From contig JBBTWJ010000003.1 in assembly GCA_038062895.1 (NCBI GenBank), forward strand, positions 186,254 through 239,768: a DNA stretch of 53,515 bases. Reading direction: 5' to 3'. Positions 1-8,840 of the stretch are shown here, in pieces (position 1 is the first letter of the stretch; each line of letters opens with the position of its first letter). Both the position numbers and the translations under genes were made by a program. This DNA is from Patescibacteria group bacterium. GTDB taxonomy: Bacteria; Patescibacteriota; Microgenomatia; UBA10105; UBA927. The notes under the pieces were generated by a model that was given only the letters and a program-made list of their open reading frames with translations, did no database searches and had not been told where the DNA came from.

Positions 1-43
1 GGACAAGCTCAAAGTCTACGACTTTTAAGATAAGGACATTCTT

Positions 44-298
44 ATGTTCTTTGTTTATATCCTGCGTGGGCCAAAGAATCATCTTTATATCGGTTGCACC
101 AAGGATATCGATCAACGAATTAATCTCCATAAATCTGGAGAAGGAGCAGAATTTACGTTCCGTAATAAAACTCATGAATTGGTCTATCGAGAAAAATTTT
201 CAACCCTACTCGAAGCAAGAAGGAGAGAGAAACAAATTAAAGGCTGGCGAAGAGAAAAGAAAGAGAATCTGATTACATTCGGTAAACCAGTAATCTAA
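44..298 (+). CDS. GIY-YIG nuclease superfamily protein (small stand-alone)
   Basis: ORF track. N-terminus VYILRG..HLYIGCTKDIDQRINLH fits the GIY..YIG..R..H core recalled for this family. Confidence 0.7.
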   Translation: MFFVYILRGPKNHLYIGCTKDIDQRINLHKSGEGAEFTFRNKTHELVYREKFSTLLEARRREKQIKGWRREKKENLITFGKPVI

Positions 299-351
299 AC
301 TCCTTCATCTTTGTATTGTTTTGACGCACACTTCAAGGACCGTCCCTAAAA

Positions 352-882
352 TTATTCAAATGCATCCCTTCGCTCTACTACTTCAAAAATTTTTTGGGTC
401 AGCTCATTGACCATGCTTGGAGAAAGAAAGCCGGCTTCACGAGATGCATCTACATCAGAGCGTCGAGTAAAATAACGATTAACTGTTCTTTCTCCTTCTG
501 CATGCATGCTAACTTGAGGGTCTTCCTGCGAAACATATTCAGCAGGGGTTTCAACCAGATAATATCCTGCACGAGTAAGTTCTAGAGTCGGCCTATCTGT
601 TCCGAACGATTTCACTAGACCTTCCACGGGAGAATCATGCCAGTCAAAGAATTCGCCCTCGTGATCCCTCAGCGCCTTCATCAAAAGATGAAGCCTTGCC
701 GTATCATTTCGAGACATCTCTGTGGCCCAATGGGGTTTTCCCCAGCCTGTCCGAAGGTTTTCTAAATCTACTATCTCAACAGTCCGGCCTTCTCGAATTA
801 ATTCTTCCGCAACCGCAGAGGCCATGTGAACAGCTACCGCTTCATTGGGATGCATTCGTACTGTAAAAATTATATTCTTCAT
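352..882 (-). CDS. hypothetical protein (RMHPNE motif weakly reminiscent of the HxxE zinc site of AstE/AspA-M14-like hydrolases)
   Basis: 176-aa ORF with no overlapping better ORF. Only weak motif resemblance. Confidence 0.4.
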   Translation of the reverse strand: MKNIIFTVRMHPNEAVAVHMASAVAEELIREGRTVEIVDLENLRTGWGKPHWATEMSRNDTARLHLLMKALRDHEGEFFDWHDSPVEGLVKSFGTDRPTLELTRAGYYLVETPAEYVSQEDPQVSMHAEGERTVNRYFTRRSDVDASREAGFLSPSMVNELTQKIFEVVERRDAFE

Positions 883-900
883 TTACCGAATTATATCAAA

Positions 901-1010
901 AATACGGGAGAAGACGGGAATATACGGGAGAGATAAGGGATAAGGAAATAAGAGGAGGTAGGAGAGATTAGGAGGAGTTAGGAGAAGGTAGGAGAAGATA
1001 AGAGAAAGCA
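901..1010. repeat. purine-word repeat, family A copy 1 (TACGGGAG / TAGGAGA / TAAGAGA words)
   Basis: Same word order as 1823-1940. The terminal ~32 nt are nearly identical (TAGGAGAAGGTAGGAGAAGATAAGAGAAAGCA vs TAGGAGAAGGTAGGAGAAAGTAAGAGAAAGGA). Confidence 0.7.
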
Positions 1011-1080
1011 ATCAGCTATTCCTGCGGAGCAGGATCTGGCTTCGCCAGACAGCTATGAGCAAGAGGAGTATACTGAATGT

Positions 1081-1761
1081 ATGCGTGTCGGGAAGGTGAA
1101 ACTGCCGTGGATGAGTGCGCTCCTCTTTATCATCCTCCTCATCCCATCGCTCATCCTCAACGCAGTACTTCTGAAAAAACAAACTCCGGTGCAACCTACA
1201 TTATCTGCCGATCCCGGAGTAATGGTGGAGGGAGTCATTGACGGAGATACGATAGTGGTCGAACCCAAAACACGTGTACGCCTGCGTCACATCGATGCGC
1301 CGGAGCTTGAGTTTTGCGGTGGATCAGAAGCCAAAGAGGCCATCGAGAAGCTTGTTACCGGTAAACGCGTGCGTATCACCGAACAGGTTCCGGATCAACG
1401 GGGCCGCGGTATGGCACTTATTTATGTCGGTGACGTGTTGGTCAATAAGGAACTGATTGCCGGAGGATTCGTACGTTTCCACCATGATACGTCAACGAGA
1501 GCTGATGAACTCAAAGAGCTTGGGCTGGAAATAAAAAACGCTAAGAAAGGGATCTTTAGTGCGTGCCAATCAACGACCAACATAAAAAATCCGAAGTGTG
1601 CGATAAAGGGCAATATCGACCGGCTCAAAAAAATATATCACGTCCCCGGCTGTACGCAGTATCCGTTTGCCGTCGTAGAAGAAGATATCGGGGAACAGTG
1701 GTTCTGTACGGAAAAAGAGGCACAAAAAGCAGGGTATGTGAAGTCGGAGAGATGTCCCTAA
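1081..1761 (+). CDS. membrane-anchored thermonuclease (SNase-like) family protein with Cys-containing C-terminal domain
   Basis: N-terminal hydrophobic helix, then VIDGDTIVV..VRLRHIDAPE typical of staphylococcal-nuclease homologues. C-terminal KGNI..IYHVPGC..Y....FCTEKEAQKAGY motif. Confidence 0.75.
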   Translation: MRVGKVKLPWMSALLFIILLIPSLILNAVLLKKQTPVQPTLSADPGVMVEGVIDGDTIVVEPKTRVRLRHIDAPELEFCGGSEAKEAIEKLVTGKRVRITEQVPDQRGRGMALIYVGDVLVNKELIAGGFVRFHHDTSTRADELKELGLEIKNAKKGIFSACQSTTNIKNPKCAIKGNIDRLKKIYHVPGCTQYPFAVVEEDIGEQWFCTEKEAQKAGYVKSERCP

Positions 1762-1822
1762 AATGCAAATGGGATGTATGTTGTAAGTAGCGGTCGCGTC
1801 TTACAACGTACATATCGACCAG

Positions 1823-1940
1823 AAGGAAGATACGGGAAAACTACGGGAGCATATATACGGGAGGATACGGGAGAAATAAGTGAGGGATAAGAGTTTAGTT
1901 GGAGAGAATAGGAGAAGGTAGGAGAAAGTAAGAGAAAGGA
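1823..1940. repeat. purine-word repeat, family A copy 2 (direct repeat of 901-1010)
   Basis: Direct, same-strand repeat of the element upstream of the nuclease gene. Confidence 0.7.
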
Positions 1941-1949
1941 AACCTTATC

Positions 1950-2165
1950 TTTTTAGACCTATTTGCATGCTCTTGCCACAGAACCAGCCTTACTAGCTCC
2001 CCCGCCAGCAACTGCGTAGCTATGGGCGGGCAGGCTGGAGCGGCGGTACGGGACTGCAGCCACGAAATTAACGTTTCGGGGATTGCCCAGACACTAACCT
2101 TACTTTGCGTTGTGCTCTGCGTGCACACACGCAAAGAGCGGTAGTTCTGGACAGCAGCCGCGAAA
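1950..2165 (-). other. GC-rich, hairpin-dense non-coding region downstream of rpsI (candidate structured RNA or operon 3' end, identity unknown)
   Basis: Visibly GC-richer than its surroundings. Nested stems CCAGCC..CCCGCC..GGCGGG..GGCTGG (1984-2037) and CTTTGCGT..ACGCAAAG (2103-2144). No convincing CDS. Confidence 0.25.
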
Positions 2166-2657
2166 CTACCGTTTCGGGCTTTGCTTTCTTGCCCTCGATT
2201 TACCGGCGAAACCGGCTTTGCGGCGCTGCTTGGCACGGGGATCGCGCATCATGAAGCCGCGCTTCTTGAGAATCGGACGGAATTTCTCTTTATCTACTTT
2301 TTCCAATGCCCGGGAAATTCCATGAATGACCGCTCCCAATTGTCCGGATAATCCTCCACCGACAACTTTAATGCTTATCGCAAACCTGCCCACGGTATTG
2401 GTCGTCCGGAAGGGCTCCTGATACATCTTTTTGAATACCTCGCCGGGAAAATAGTTTTCTGCCGGACGGCCATTGACGACCATAGCGCCTTTTGCTATTT
2501 CCGCTTCCTTAACCTTAATACTACCTTCCTTGACCACATAGAGGCGCACTCTGGCCGTCGCCACTCTTCGACGTCCGACGGCTTCGTAGTAGGAGTTTTC
2601 CGGCTTATCCTTTATGATCATTTTTACTGTTTCTGCTTCTGGTTGATCTATAGTCAT
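2166..2657 (-). CDS. rpsI: 30S ribosomal protein S9
   Basis: C-terminal GGGLSGQ..HGISRAL....RRKAG..KSRARKQSPKR. Follows rplM. Confidence 0.95.
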   Translation of the reverse strand: MTIDQPEAETVKMIIKDKPENSYYEAVGRRRVATARVRLYVVKEGSIKVKEAEIAKGAMVVNGRPAENYFPGEVFKKMYQEPFRTTNTVGRFAISIKVVGGGLSGQLGAVIHGISRALEKVDKEKFRPILKKRGFMMRDPRAKQRRKAGFAGKSRARKQSPKR

Positions 2658-2711
2658 ATATGTATATAGGTCACATGAGTCTCATGGGTAAAAATGAGTC
2701 TCATGAAACGA

Positions 2712-2738
2712 CTGGATCCCCGCCTACGCGGGGATGAC
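2712..2738. repeat. REP-like palindrome CTGGATCCCCGCCTACGCGGGGATGAC (family R)
   Basis: One of five copies sharing CTGGAT-stem-loop-stem-ATGAC. Confidence 0.75.
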
Positions 2739-2742
2739 TGCA

Positions 2743-3162
2743 TTACGTAAACTTCTCCTTATACGGGTGGTCGGCTTCCGGATAAATCCAAAGGCGAGTC
2801 ACCAGCCTATCACGAAGTTTATTCTTCGGCAACATGCCGTAGACCGCGTTGCGTAAAATCTTATTTGGTTTTTCGCGCCGCACTTGCCATAACGCTTTTG
2901 TCTTCAGTCCTCCGGGAAACCCTGAATATTTCGTATACAACTTTTCGGTTTCTTTCTTTCCCGTGACGACCACATGAGAGGAATTGATAACGACGACATG
3001 ATTGCCACAGTCAAGATTCCGGACAAAATTAGGTTTGTCCTTCCCCATAAGTGCATGAGCAATTTGGGTGGCAATACGACCCAATACCTGACCTTTGACA
3101 TCAAATATATGCCAGGTCCGAATGATATCTTTTGCTTTGGTTGCTTGCGTTATCGATTTCAT
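2743..3162 (-). CDS. rplM: 50S ribosomal protein L13
   Basis: WHIFDVKGQVLGRIATQIAHALMGKDKP... typical L13. Forms the rplM-rpsI pair. Confidence 0.95.
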   Translation of the reverse strand: MKSITQATKAKDIIRTWHIFDVKGQVLGRIATQIAHALMGKDKPNFVRNLDCGNHVVVINSSHVVVTGKKETEKLYTKYSGFPGGLKTKALWQVRREKPNKILRNAVYGMLPKNKLRDRLVTRLWIYPEADHPYKEKFT

Positions 3163-3171
3163 ATGATGCTA

Positions 3172-3684
3172 TTACTTACTCTTTTTTGATCGAGCTGATT
3201 TGCCCGCCGCAGGTTTCACGGTGGCCGACTTCTTTTTTTCAGAAATTGACTTTTTTACCGATCCTTCAACTTTCGTACTTTTTTCCGGAGATTTCACAAC
3301 CTCAACAATCACCCGCTCATCGACAAATTGTACCATGACTTCTTCGGCAGCATCTCCCATACGGGGGCCTAATTTGACGATCCGGGTAAATCCACTCTGA
3401 CGTCCGGCAAACCGGGTCCCTGCATCTGCCAGAAGCAGTTTCTCCGTCACCTTATCAGCGAGAACCTTGCGCACTTGCTGGTGCGGCGCATCCGTATGGA
3501 GACCGCCGACAGACTTTTTTGCGCTGGTCACAAGCTTCTCAATCAACGGCTGTACGGCCTTGGCTTTGGCAATAGTCGTCCTCACCAGACCATGAAGAAT
3601 AAGGTCGCGTGCAAGACCCTGAAAGAGTCTCCTGCGTTCGTTTTTGTTCCGTGATAGCTGTCGACCAAATACTGAATGTCTCAT
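3172..3684 (-). CDS. rplQ: 50S ribosomal protein L17
   Basis: MRH..GR.L.R....R..L...L...L..H..I.TT..KAK pattern. Follows rpoA. Confidence 0.93.
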   Translation of the reverse strand: MRHSVFGRQLSRNKNERRRLFQGLARDLILHGLVRTTIAKAKAVQPLIEKLVTSAKKSVGGLHTDAPHQQVRKVLADKVTEKLLLADAGTRFAGRQSGFTRIVKLGPRMGDAAEEVMVQFVDERVIVEVVKSPEKSTKVEGSVKKSISEKKKSATVKPAAGKSARSKKSK

Positions 3685-3770
3685 AAAATAATTAGCACGT
3701 GATTAAAAGAACATGAGTAGCACGTGATCAGGTGCTCATCATGTGTTTTTCCATCATGTGCTCATTGCGC
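3685..3770. repeat. word-hairpin, family C (AGCACGTGAT / ATCATGTGCTCAT)
   Basis: Arms are imperfect reverse complements. The same words occur at 4692-4785, 16798-16877 and 20333-20419. Confidence 0.7.
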
Positions 3771-4691
3771 TCAAACTGTGAGCGCTACTCCCTTTTCGCG
3801 CAGTTTCTCTTCAACGAGTCCCAAAGACTTGGCTCCGAGATTTTTAATCTTCATAAGCTCGCTTCGCAGTGTAGCCAACAGCTGACCGACGGTCTCGATC
3901 CCTCCGTTACCCAACGCATTGACGATACGGGTCGGAATGTCCAACTCCTCGATGCGCATCTTGAGCATTTCATCAGACACGCTCGGAGATACCGCGACAC
4001 TTTCGGCCACGCCCACAGCTTTGGGTTCCACAATCTGGAAAAAGTATGACACTAATATCTTAGCCGACTGCTTGAGTGCATCAAGCGGGGACACGGAACC
4101 GTCGGTCCAAATTTCCATGACGAGTTTATCTAAGTTCGTCATCCGACCGACACGAGTAGCTTCCACGCGGTAATTCACGCGTGTCACCGGAGAGAAAAGA
4201 GCGGAAACAGAAATCCGTCCGATCTCTGAAACCTTTTTCTCGTCGGATGAAATATATCCATACCCTTTTTCGGCAGTCACTTCCATGACGAGCGATGCCT
4301 TTTTGTCTGCCAGTGTCCCGAGTACGAGATCCGTATTCACCACGGTTACTCCTGCGGGAGCTTCGAAGCTCGCCGCCGTAATCTCTCCAGGTCCTTTGGC
4401 GGTGAGTTTGAGCGTCACGGGTTCGTCTGTCGGCAATACAAGTCGGACCTTTTTGAGATTGAGGATGAGCTCAACAACATCTTCTTTGAGTCCCGGTACC
4501 CGTGAGAACGCGTGGGCAACACCGTCAATCTTGACCGATGTAATGGCAGATCCTGCAAGCGAGGTCAATAACACCCGTCGAAGGCTATTGCCAACCGTCT
4601 GACCGTATCCCTGCTCAAGAGGCTCAATGACGAATAATCCGTAATCCGGCTTGTCTACTTCTGTTTTGATTTTAAATGTTGGTTCGTTCAT
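3771..4691 (-). CDS. rpoA: DNA-directed RNA polymerase subunit alpha
   Basis: 306 aa with GYGQTVGNSLRRVLLTSL N-terminal domain and a C-terminal alpha-CTD-like HhH region. Sits between rpsD and rplQ. Confidence 0.95.
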   Translation of the reverse strand: MNEPTFKIKTEVDKPDYGLFVIEPLEQGYGQTVGNSLRRVLLTSLAGSAITSVKIDGVAHAFSRVPGLKEDVVELILNLKKVRLVLPTDEPVTLKLTAKGPGEITAASFEAPAGVTVVNTDLVLGTLADKKASLVMEVTAEKGYGYISSDEKKVSEIGRISVSALFSPVTRVNYRVEATRVGRMTNLDKLVMEIWTDGSVSPLDALKQSAKILVSYFFQIVEPKAVGVAESVAVSPSVSDEMLKMRIEELDIPTRIVNALGNGGIETVGQLLATLRSELMKIKNLGAKSLGLVEEKLREKGVALTV

Positions 4692-4785
4692 AAAAACTTC
4701 AGATGAGCACTTGATAATAAAAACGTGATGAGCACCTGATCATGTGCTAATCATGTCTTTCTATCACGTGCTAATCTCTCCCTTT
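4692..4785. repeat. word-hairpin, family C
   Basis: GATGAGCAC / GTGCTAATCATG words in both orientations. Confidence 0.65.
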
Positions 4786-5406
4786 TTAACGTGAATAATG
4801 CTCCACAATAAGCTGTTCGTTAATATCTTCTTTAATATCACTGCGAATCGGCAATCTGACGACTTTTCCGACCGGTCCTTTTCGCTCTAACCATTCGGGG
4901 ATGACATCAAGCGGTGTATCGATGAGCTTCTTGACCGCCGGAATTCCCAAACCTTTTCCACCCAACGTGATCACATCATCGACTGCTACTTCATACGAAG
5001 GAATCGTGACTTTGCTACCGTTTACCAATACGTGACCATGCGTGATAAATTGACGGGAGGCGGCACGCGTAGGACCTAAACCCAGACGGAATAGCGTATT
5101 ATCGAGTCGTCGCTCGAGAGACTCAAGAAGCTTCTCTCCCGTATTTCCGAGTGATTTACGCGCTCGTCCATATATGCGTCGGAACTGTCGCTCGAGCACT
5201 CCATACAGCCGCTTGACACGCTGCTTCTCCCGAAGCTGCTCACCAAAATCTGATGTCTTCCGGTGCCCCTTGGATCCGTGCATCCCCGGAGGTATACCAA
5301 GACGCTTCAAAAGATTGGCATGAGATTTCGTGCCGAGAGTCTTAAGACCCAAGTCAATGCCTTCGCGTCTTGCAAGTCTATTTTTTGGTCCGGTATATCG
5401 TGCCAT
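4786..5406 (-). CDS. rpsD: 30S ribosomal protein S4
   Basis: MARYTGPK.RL.RREG.DL start and S4 RNA-binding domain. Synteny. Confidence 0.95.
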   Translation of the reverse strand: MARYTGPKNRLARREGIDLGLKTLGTKSHANLLKRLGIPPGMHGSKGHRKTSDFGEQLREKQRVKRLYGVLERQFRRIYGRARKSLGNTGEKLLESLERRLDNTLFRLGLGPTRAASRQFITHGHVLVNGSKVTIPSYEVAVDDVITLGGKGLGIPAVKKLIDTPLDVIPEWLERKGPVGKVVRLPIRSDIKEDINEQLIVEHYSR

Positions 5407-5514
5407 ATTTAATCGTTACTTGGTTAGTTCGTTAATTGGTTACTTCGATAATTACACTATTACTTAATTTATCATTTTTACTAAGTAACAAAATAACTAA
5501 TAACTAACTAACAG
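5407..5514. repeat. word-hairpin, family B (GTTAGTTCGTTA / GTTACTTCG ... CTAAGTAAC..CTAACTAAC)
   Basis: Also at 6305-6400, 16065-16152 and 17250-17335. A one-armed copy lies at 26546-26590. Confidence 0.7.
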
Positions 5515-5886
5515 CTATACTCTCCTCTTTTTCTTCGCTCGCACCCCGTTGTGCGGGATGGGAGTAACGTCAGCAATAAGCGTGATCTGCAGTCCCACCG
5601 CTTTGAGTCCCCGAAGTGCGGCATCACGACCAGCTCCCGGTCCCTTGATAAAAACCTCTACCTCGCGAAGCCCTTGTGCCTGGGCTTTCCGTGCTACTGC
5701 TTCCACAGCAGTCGTGGCTGCGTACGGTGTCGACTTGCGAGCCCCTTTAAATCCTGCCATGCCGGAAGATCCCCAACAGAGAGTATTGCCTTCCATGTCC
5801 GTCACCGTCACAATCGTATTGTTAAACGTGGCCGTGATGAACACTTTGCCTTTTTCGACGACTCGCTTGGTTTTTGTTGCTGCCAT
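5515..5886 (-). CDS. rpsK: 30S ribosomal protein S11
   Basis: S11 core. Start trimmed to MAATKTKR (ATG 5886-5884), 1 nt after the rpsM stop. The longer ORF to 5955 would overlap rpsM. Confidence 0.92.
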   Translation of the reverse strand: MAATKTKRVVEKGKVFITATFNNTIVTVTDMEGNTLCWGSSGMAGFKGARKSTPYAATTAVEAVARKAQAQGLREVEVFIKGPGAGRDAALRGLKAVGLQITLIADVTPIPHNGVRAKKKRRV

Positions 5887-5887
5887 A

Positions 5888-6304
5888 TTATTTTTTCGCT
5901 TCTTCGGTAGACTTTTCCGGTGCTTTTGCCCGATCATCTTTCTTAAGAGCGCCAATGGTCACACGCTTGCCACGTTTGGTGCGGGCATTGCTCCGCGTCC
6001 GTTGGCCACGTAAGGGCAATTTCTTCGCGTGCCGAAGCCCGCGGTAACTCCCGATATCCCGTAACCGTTTAATCGTATCGGAAATATTCCGGCGAAGGTC
6101 TCCTTCTACCATCGCTTGTTTCTCTATGGTTTTGGCAATTTTACCCACTTCCTCATCCGTGAGCGTCTTGACCCTGCGACTGGCATCGATACCTGCCTCA
6201 ACCAAAATCGGTATGACGTTGGTGCGTCCGATACCATAAAGGTACGTGAGTGCAATATCGACACGCTTGTCGTTTGGTATGTCTACTCCAATGATACGGA
6301 CCAT
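5888..6304 (-). CDS. rpsM: 30S ribosomal protein S13
   Basis: [22 protein letters not shown]. Synteny. Confidence 0.95.
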   Translation of the reverse strand: MVRIIGVDIPNDKRVDIALTYLYGIGRTNVIPILVEAGIDASRRVKTLTDEEVGKIAKTIEKQAMVEGDLRRNISDTIKRLRDIGSYRGLRHAKKLPLRGQRTRSNARTKRGKRVTIGALKKDDRAKAPEKSTEEAKK

Positions 6305-6400
6305 ACAATAAGTTAGTTCGTTAGATAGTTACTTTGTTACTTCGTTAATCATTATCAATTTTCTAAGTAACGAACTAACAAGCGTTGCTAACTAACGTTT
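6305..6400. repeat. word-hairpin, family B
   Basis: GTTAGTTCGTTAGATAGTTACTTTGTTACTTCG ... CTAAGTAACGAACTAAC..GCTAACTAAC. Confidence 0.7.
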
Positions 6401-6514
6401 TTATCCTTGACGTTGTTTATGTTTCGGATTGGCACAGATAATATATACCCGACCCCTGCGGTGAACGAGCTTACATTTGACACACATGGGTTTAACACTG
6501 GCTCTGACTTTCAT
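6401..6514 (-). CDS. rpmJ: 50S ribosomal protein L36 (below the ORF-track size cutoff)
   Basis: Manual translation [37 protein letters not shown] with the C-x2-C-x12-C-x4-H zinc motif. Sits between infA and rpsM. Confidence 0.93.
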   Translation of the reverse strand: MKVRASVKPMCVKCKLVHRRGRVYIICANPKHKQRQG

Positions 6515-6606
6515 AATTAAGTTAAAAGTCTATAAAGTCAAAAGTCTAAAAGTAAAAAAAGTCAAAAATGTACATTACGGACTTTATGGACTTTAAAACT
6601 TTTGAC
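6515..6606. repeat. word-hairpin, family G (AGTCTATAAAGTCAAAAG / GGACTTTATGGACTTT)
   Basis: Second copy at 17621-17692. Confidence 0.65.
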
Positions 6607-6825
6607 TCACTTCGTTCTATACGTAATTCTTCCTTTGGTCGCGTCGTAGGGTGTCATCTCAAGCTTAACCCGATCGCCCGGCATGATACGGATAAAATGA
6701 ATTCGCATTTTCCCCGATAAATGACAAAGAACAATCCTGCCGTTGGGCAACTTAACCCGAAACAATGTGTTCGGAAGACACTCGGTCACTTCCCCATCTA
6801 CCTCAATGCTTCCTTGATGCACCAT
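6607..6825 (-). CDS. infA: translation initiation factor IF-1
   Basis: 72 aa S1-like fold, ..[19 protein letters not shown]...L.H.SGKMR...I.I..GD.V..E..PYD...GRI..R. Confidence 0.95.
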   Translation of the reverse strand: MVHQGSIEVDGEVTECLPNTLFRVKLPNGRIVLCHLSGKMRIHFIRIMPGDRVKLEMTPYDATKGRITYRTK

Positions 6826-6976
6826 ACCAGGTAGTGAAAACTCGACTGATCGATCATGCGATCAAACAAAATTTTCACTTATGATTCAATCTATGCCTTC
6901 AATAATAGAAACTCAATAAAATTATATCCTGATTATCGACTGAAAAATTTTGTGTCGAGTTTCTACTACCTGGCAT
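6826..6976 (-). mobile_element. family D inverted-repeat (MITE-like) element, subfamily a (TIR ..GTAGTGAAAACTCGAC / GTCGAGTTTCTACTAC..)
   Basis: ~22-bp TIRs. The sense-strand 3' end runs CCTGGT-ATG into the infA start. Paralog at 14892-15045. Confidence 0.7.
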
Positions 6977-7107
6977 ACCAGGTAGTAGATTTTCGATATC
7001 TCTTCGAGATGATGGTTACCCAATCCTACAAAAAATACCGATACTACTCTTTGCCGGATAGATTACCAATCGCATCGGCGATTGATCGAAAATTCACTAC
7101 CTGGCAT
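6977..7107 (-). mobile_element. family D element, subfamily b (TIR ..GTAGTAGATTTTCGAT / ATCGAAAATTCACTAC..), tandem to the previous copy
   Basis: Shares the CAT at 6974-6976 with the neighbouring copy. Paralog at 26133-26263. Confidence 0.7.
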
Positions 7108-7140
7108 AAACAACAAAAATTCCCCATCACGCCCATGGGG
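7108..7140 (-). terminator. candidate intrinsic terminator after map
   Basis: Minus strand reads CCCCAT-GGGCGTG-ATGGGG followed by AATTTTTGTTGTTT. Confidence 0.4.
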
Positions 7141-7221
7141 CTTAAAAATAACAATTTAGCAAACCGAAAATTAACAAAACGACGTGAACAACACGTAGTA
7201 TATCTTATTAAGTAGCCTTGG

Positions 7222-8037
7222 TCAACCCTTCGATAAACTCAGGGTTGACGCTGAATTTATTGAATGCGTCAACACCTGAGGCTCTCCATCCGTGATGAGG
7301 ATACTGTGCTCAAAAACGGCGGAAAGCGAGCCGTCCCTCGTCGCGATAGACCAGCCATCATCATTGACGTAAACTACCGCACCGCGACCTCTTGCATAAA
7401 TCACCTCTACGGCTATCGTCATACCCGGGACGAGCAATGGTGTCACGGCAATAGGAACTTTGACAAATCCGGGAATCTGCGGTTCTTCGTGTAACTCCCG
7501 ACCCACGCCATGACCAACAAGCGTTTTGACGATACCATACCCCGCGCCTTCCACAATTTTTTGAACCGCTTGCGAAATATGCCCGACGCGGTTTCCGGCT
7601 TTGGCTTGAGCGATCCCTTGCCACATGGCGTCTTCCCCTACCCGTAAAAATTCTTCCTTCTCATCACTTTTCCAGCCAGAGGCTGGTCCGCCTTTGGCGG
7701 AGACTACTTTCGTCCATGCCGTATCGGTATGGAATCCCTCATAGAGTAACCCAACATCGATCGTCAATACATCACCTTCTTTGAGTACATACTTCGTTGG
7801 GATCCCGTGAACGACCACATCGTTGACACACAGACACGTCGCCCATTTATATCCCTCCACCGTACGAAATGAAGCTGTCCCACCCGATTTCCGAATCAGC
7901 TCGTCGGCATGAGCTTCGATATCCAGAAGCGAAACACCCGGCTGAGCTTTCTCAAGAAGTTGATTCAAGATGGTCCCAAGCTTGGCTCCTCCCACACGCA
8001 TTGATTGTATTTCGGAAGGAGTTTTAGGAGTAATCAT
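7222..8037 (-). CDS. map: type I methionine aminopeptidase
   Basis: Pita-bread fold motifs (..DVGL.Y.G.H.D...T..VG, HGVGRELHE.P). Synteny. Confidence 0.93.
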   Translation of the reverse strand: MITPKTPSEIQSMRVGGAKLGTILNQLLEKAQPGVSLLDIEAHADELIRKSGGTASFRTVEGYKWATCLCVNDVVVHGIPTKYVLKEGDVLTIDVGLLYEGFHTDTAWTKVVSAKGGPASGWKSDEKEEFLRVGEDAMWQGIAQAKAGNRVGHISQAVQKIVEGAGYGIVKTLVGHGVGRELHEEPQIPGFVKVPIAVTPLLVPGMTIAVEVIYARGRGAVVYVNDDGWSIATRDGSLSAVFEHSILITDGEPQVLTHSINSASTLSLSKG

Positions 8038-8075
8038 AAAGGATTTTACAGGAATTTAGAGGAATTTAGGATATG
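8038..8075. repeat. period-10 word repeat, family H (GGATTTTACA GGAATTTAGA GGAATTTAGG)
   Basis: Three exact 10-nt registers. Related copy at 26974-27011 and an in-CDS copy at 19398-19447. Confidence 0.65.
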
Positions 8076-8765
8076 TTAAAGCAGATTTCGCTTTATAAGC
8101 TCCTCTTTAATTCGTGCGACAACATCTTCTTGATTCATACCCGTTGTATCCAATTCCCATGCGTCAGGAAGTTTTTGCAGTGGATCGGTGACGCGGGTTG
8201 TATCTTGATGATCACGTAGTTTTGTGTCTGACAAAACCTCTTCATGAGTTTTCTTTATCCCTTTTGCATCAAATTGTAGCCATCTTCGATGAGCCCGTTC
8301 CTCAAGGGAAGCAGTAAGATAAATTTTAAGTTGCGCGTTGGGGAGTACCCGCAAACCAATATCCCGCCCCTCCATAACCACCGATTTTCCATGAGCCATA
8401 TCCTGTTGACGGGCAACCATCCACTGGCGAACCTGGGGTATCGTGCCAACGTCTGAGGAACCGATCGCAACATCCTGTTTGAAAATCCTCTCAGTCACAT
8501 CTGAATCATTTAATACTGCGACAAATGGATGAATGCTCGTACTGGAAGGAGGCATAAGCGAAATAATAATTTGTTGGAGTTTTTTACAAACAGAGTCAAT
8601 ATCTTTTGTGGAAATTCCCGCTTCAATACAGGCTAATGCGAGCATCCTATACATCGCACCGGTATAAATATAGGTAAGCTGAAGTTCTTTTGCGAGTCTT
8701 CCGGCGATGTCCCCTTTTCCTGATGCAACCGGCCCATCAATGGCAATTTGAAGTGGGGTGTTCAT
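8076..8765 (-). CDS. cmk: cytidylate kinase
   Basis: IAIDGPVASGKG P-loop and CMP-kinase layout. Start chosen at MNTPLQ (8765), though the ORF extends to 8795. Confidence 0.85.
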   Translation of the reverse strand: MNTPLQIAIDGPVASGKGDIAGRLAKELQLTYIYTGAMYRMLALACIEAGISTKDIDSVCKKLQQIIISLMPPSSTSIHPFVAVLNDSDVTERIFKQDVAIGSSDVGTIPQVRQWMVARQQDMAHGKSVVMEGRDIGLRVLPNAQLKIYLTASLEERAHRRWLQFDAKGIKKTHEEVLSDTKLRDHQDTTRVTDPLQKLPDAWELDTTGMNQEDVVARIKEELIKRNLL

Positions 8766-8801
8766 AAATAATATGTACCAAAATAAATCCGACAATAAAA
8801 A

Positions 8802-8830
8802 CTGGATCCCGGCTCAAGGGCCGGGATGAC
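8802..8830. repeat. REP-like palindrome, family R variant (CTGGATCCCGGCTCAAGGGCCGGGATGAC)
   Basis: Same flanks as the other copies. The stem changes compensatorily (ATCCCGGC/GCCGGGAT). Confidence 0.7.
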
Positions 8831-8840
8831 ACCTATTAGC

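Noticed and set aside
1950-2165. Possibility that the GC-rich block is tmRNA, RNase P RNA, SRP RNA or a tRNA
   Set aside because: I found no tRNA-like 3' end with a T-loop or CCA context. I also found no GAGGAAAGUCC-type RNase P motif, no convincing GGAA-tetraloop/AGCAGCC SRP domain IV and no tag-peptide reading frame. It is left as unknown.
1895-2236. 113-aa minus-strand ORF overlapping the rpsI 3' end and the GC-rich block
   Set aside because: It is out of frame with rpsI, overlaps it, and its composition is driven by the GC-rich hairpins. It is better treated as non-coding.
5515-5955. N-terminally extended ORF-track versions of rpsK (to 5955), rplX (to 14632), rpsC (to 16839), rpsL (to 41306), rpoC (to 44988) and rplE (to 14201)
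   Set aside because: The extensions overlap the upstream gene or repeat elements. The conserved protein N-termini begin at internal ATGs that give 1-4 nt spacing or ATGA overlaps with the upstream stop.
6856-7215. 119-aa plus-strand ORF in the map-infA spacer
   Set aside because: It reads straight through two tandem family D repeat elements and the terminator-like hairpin. It is AT-rich and repeat-derived, so coding is unlikely.
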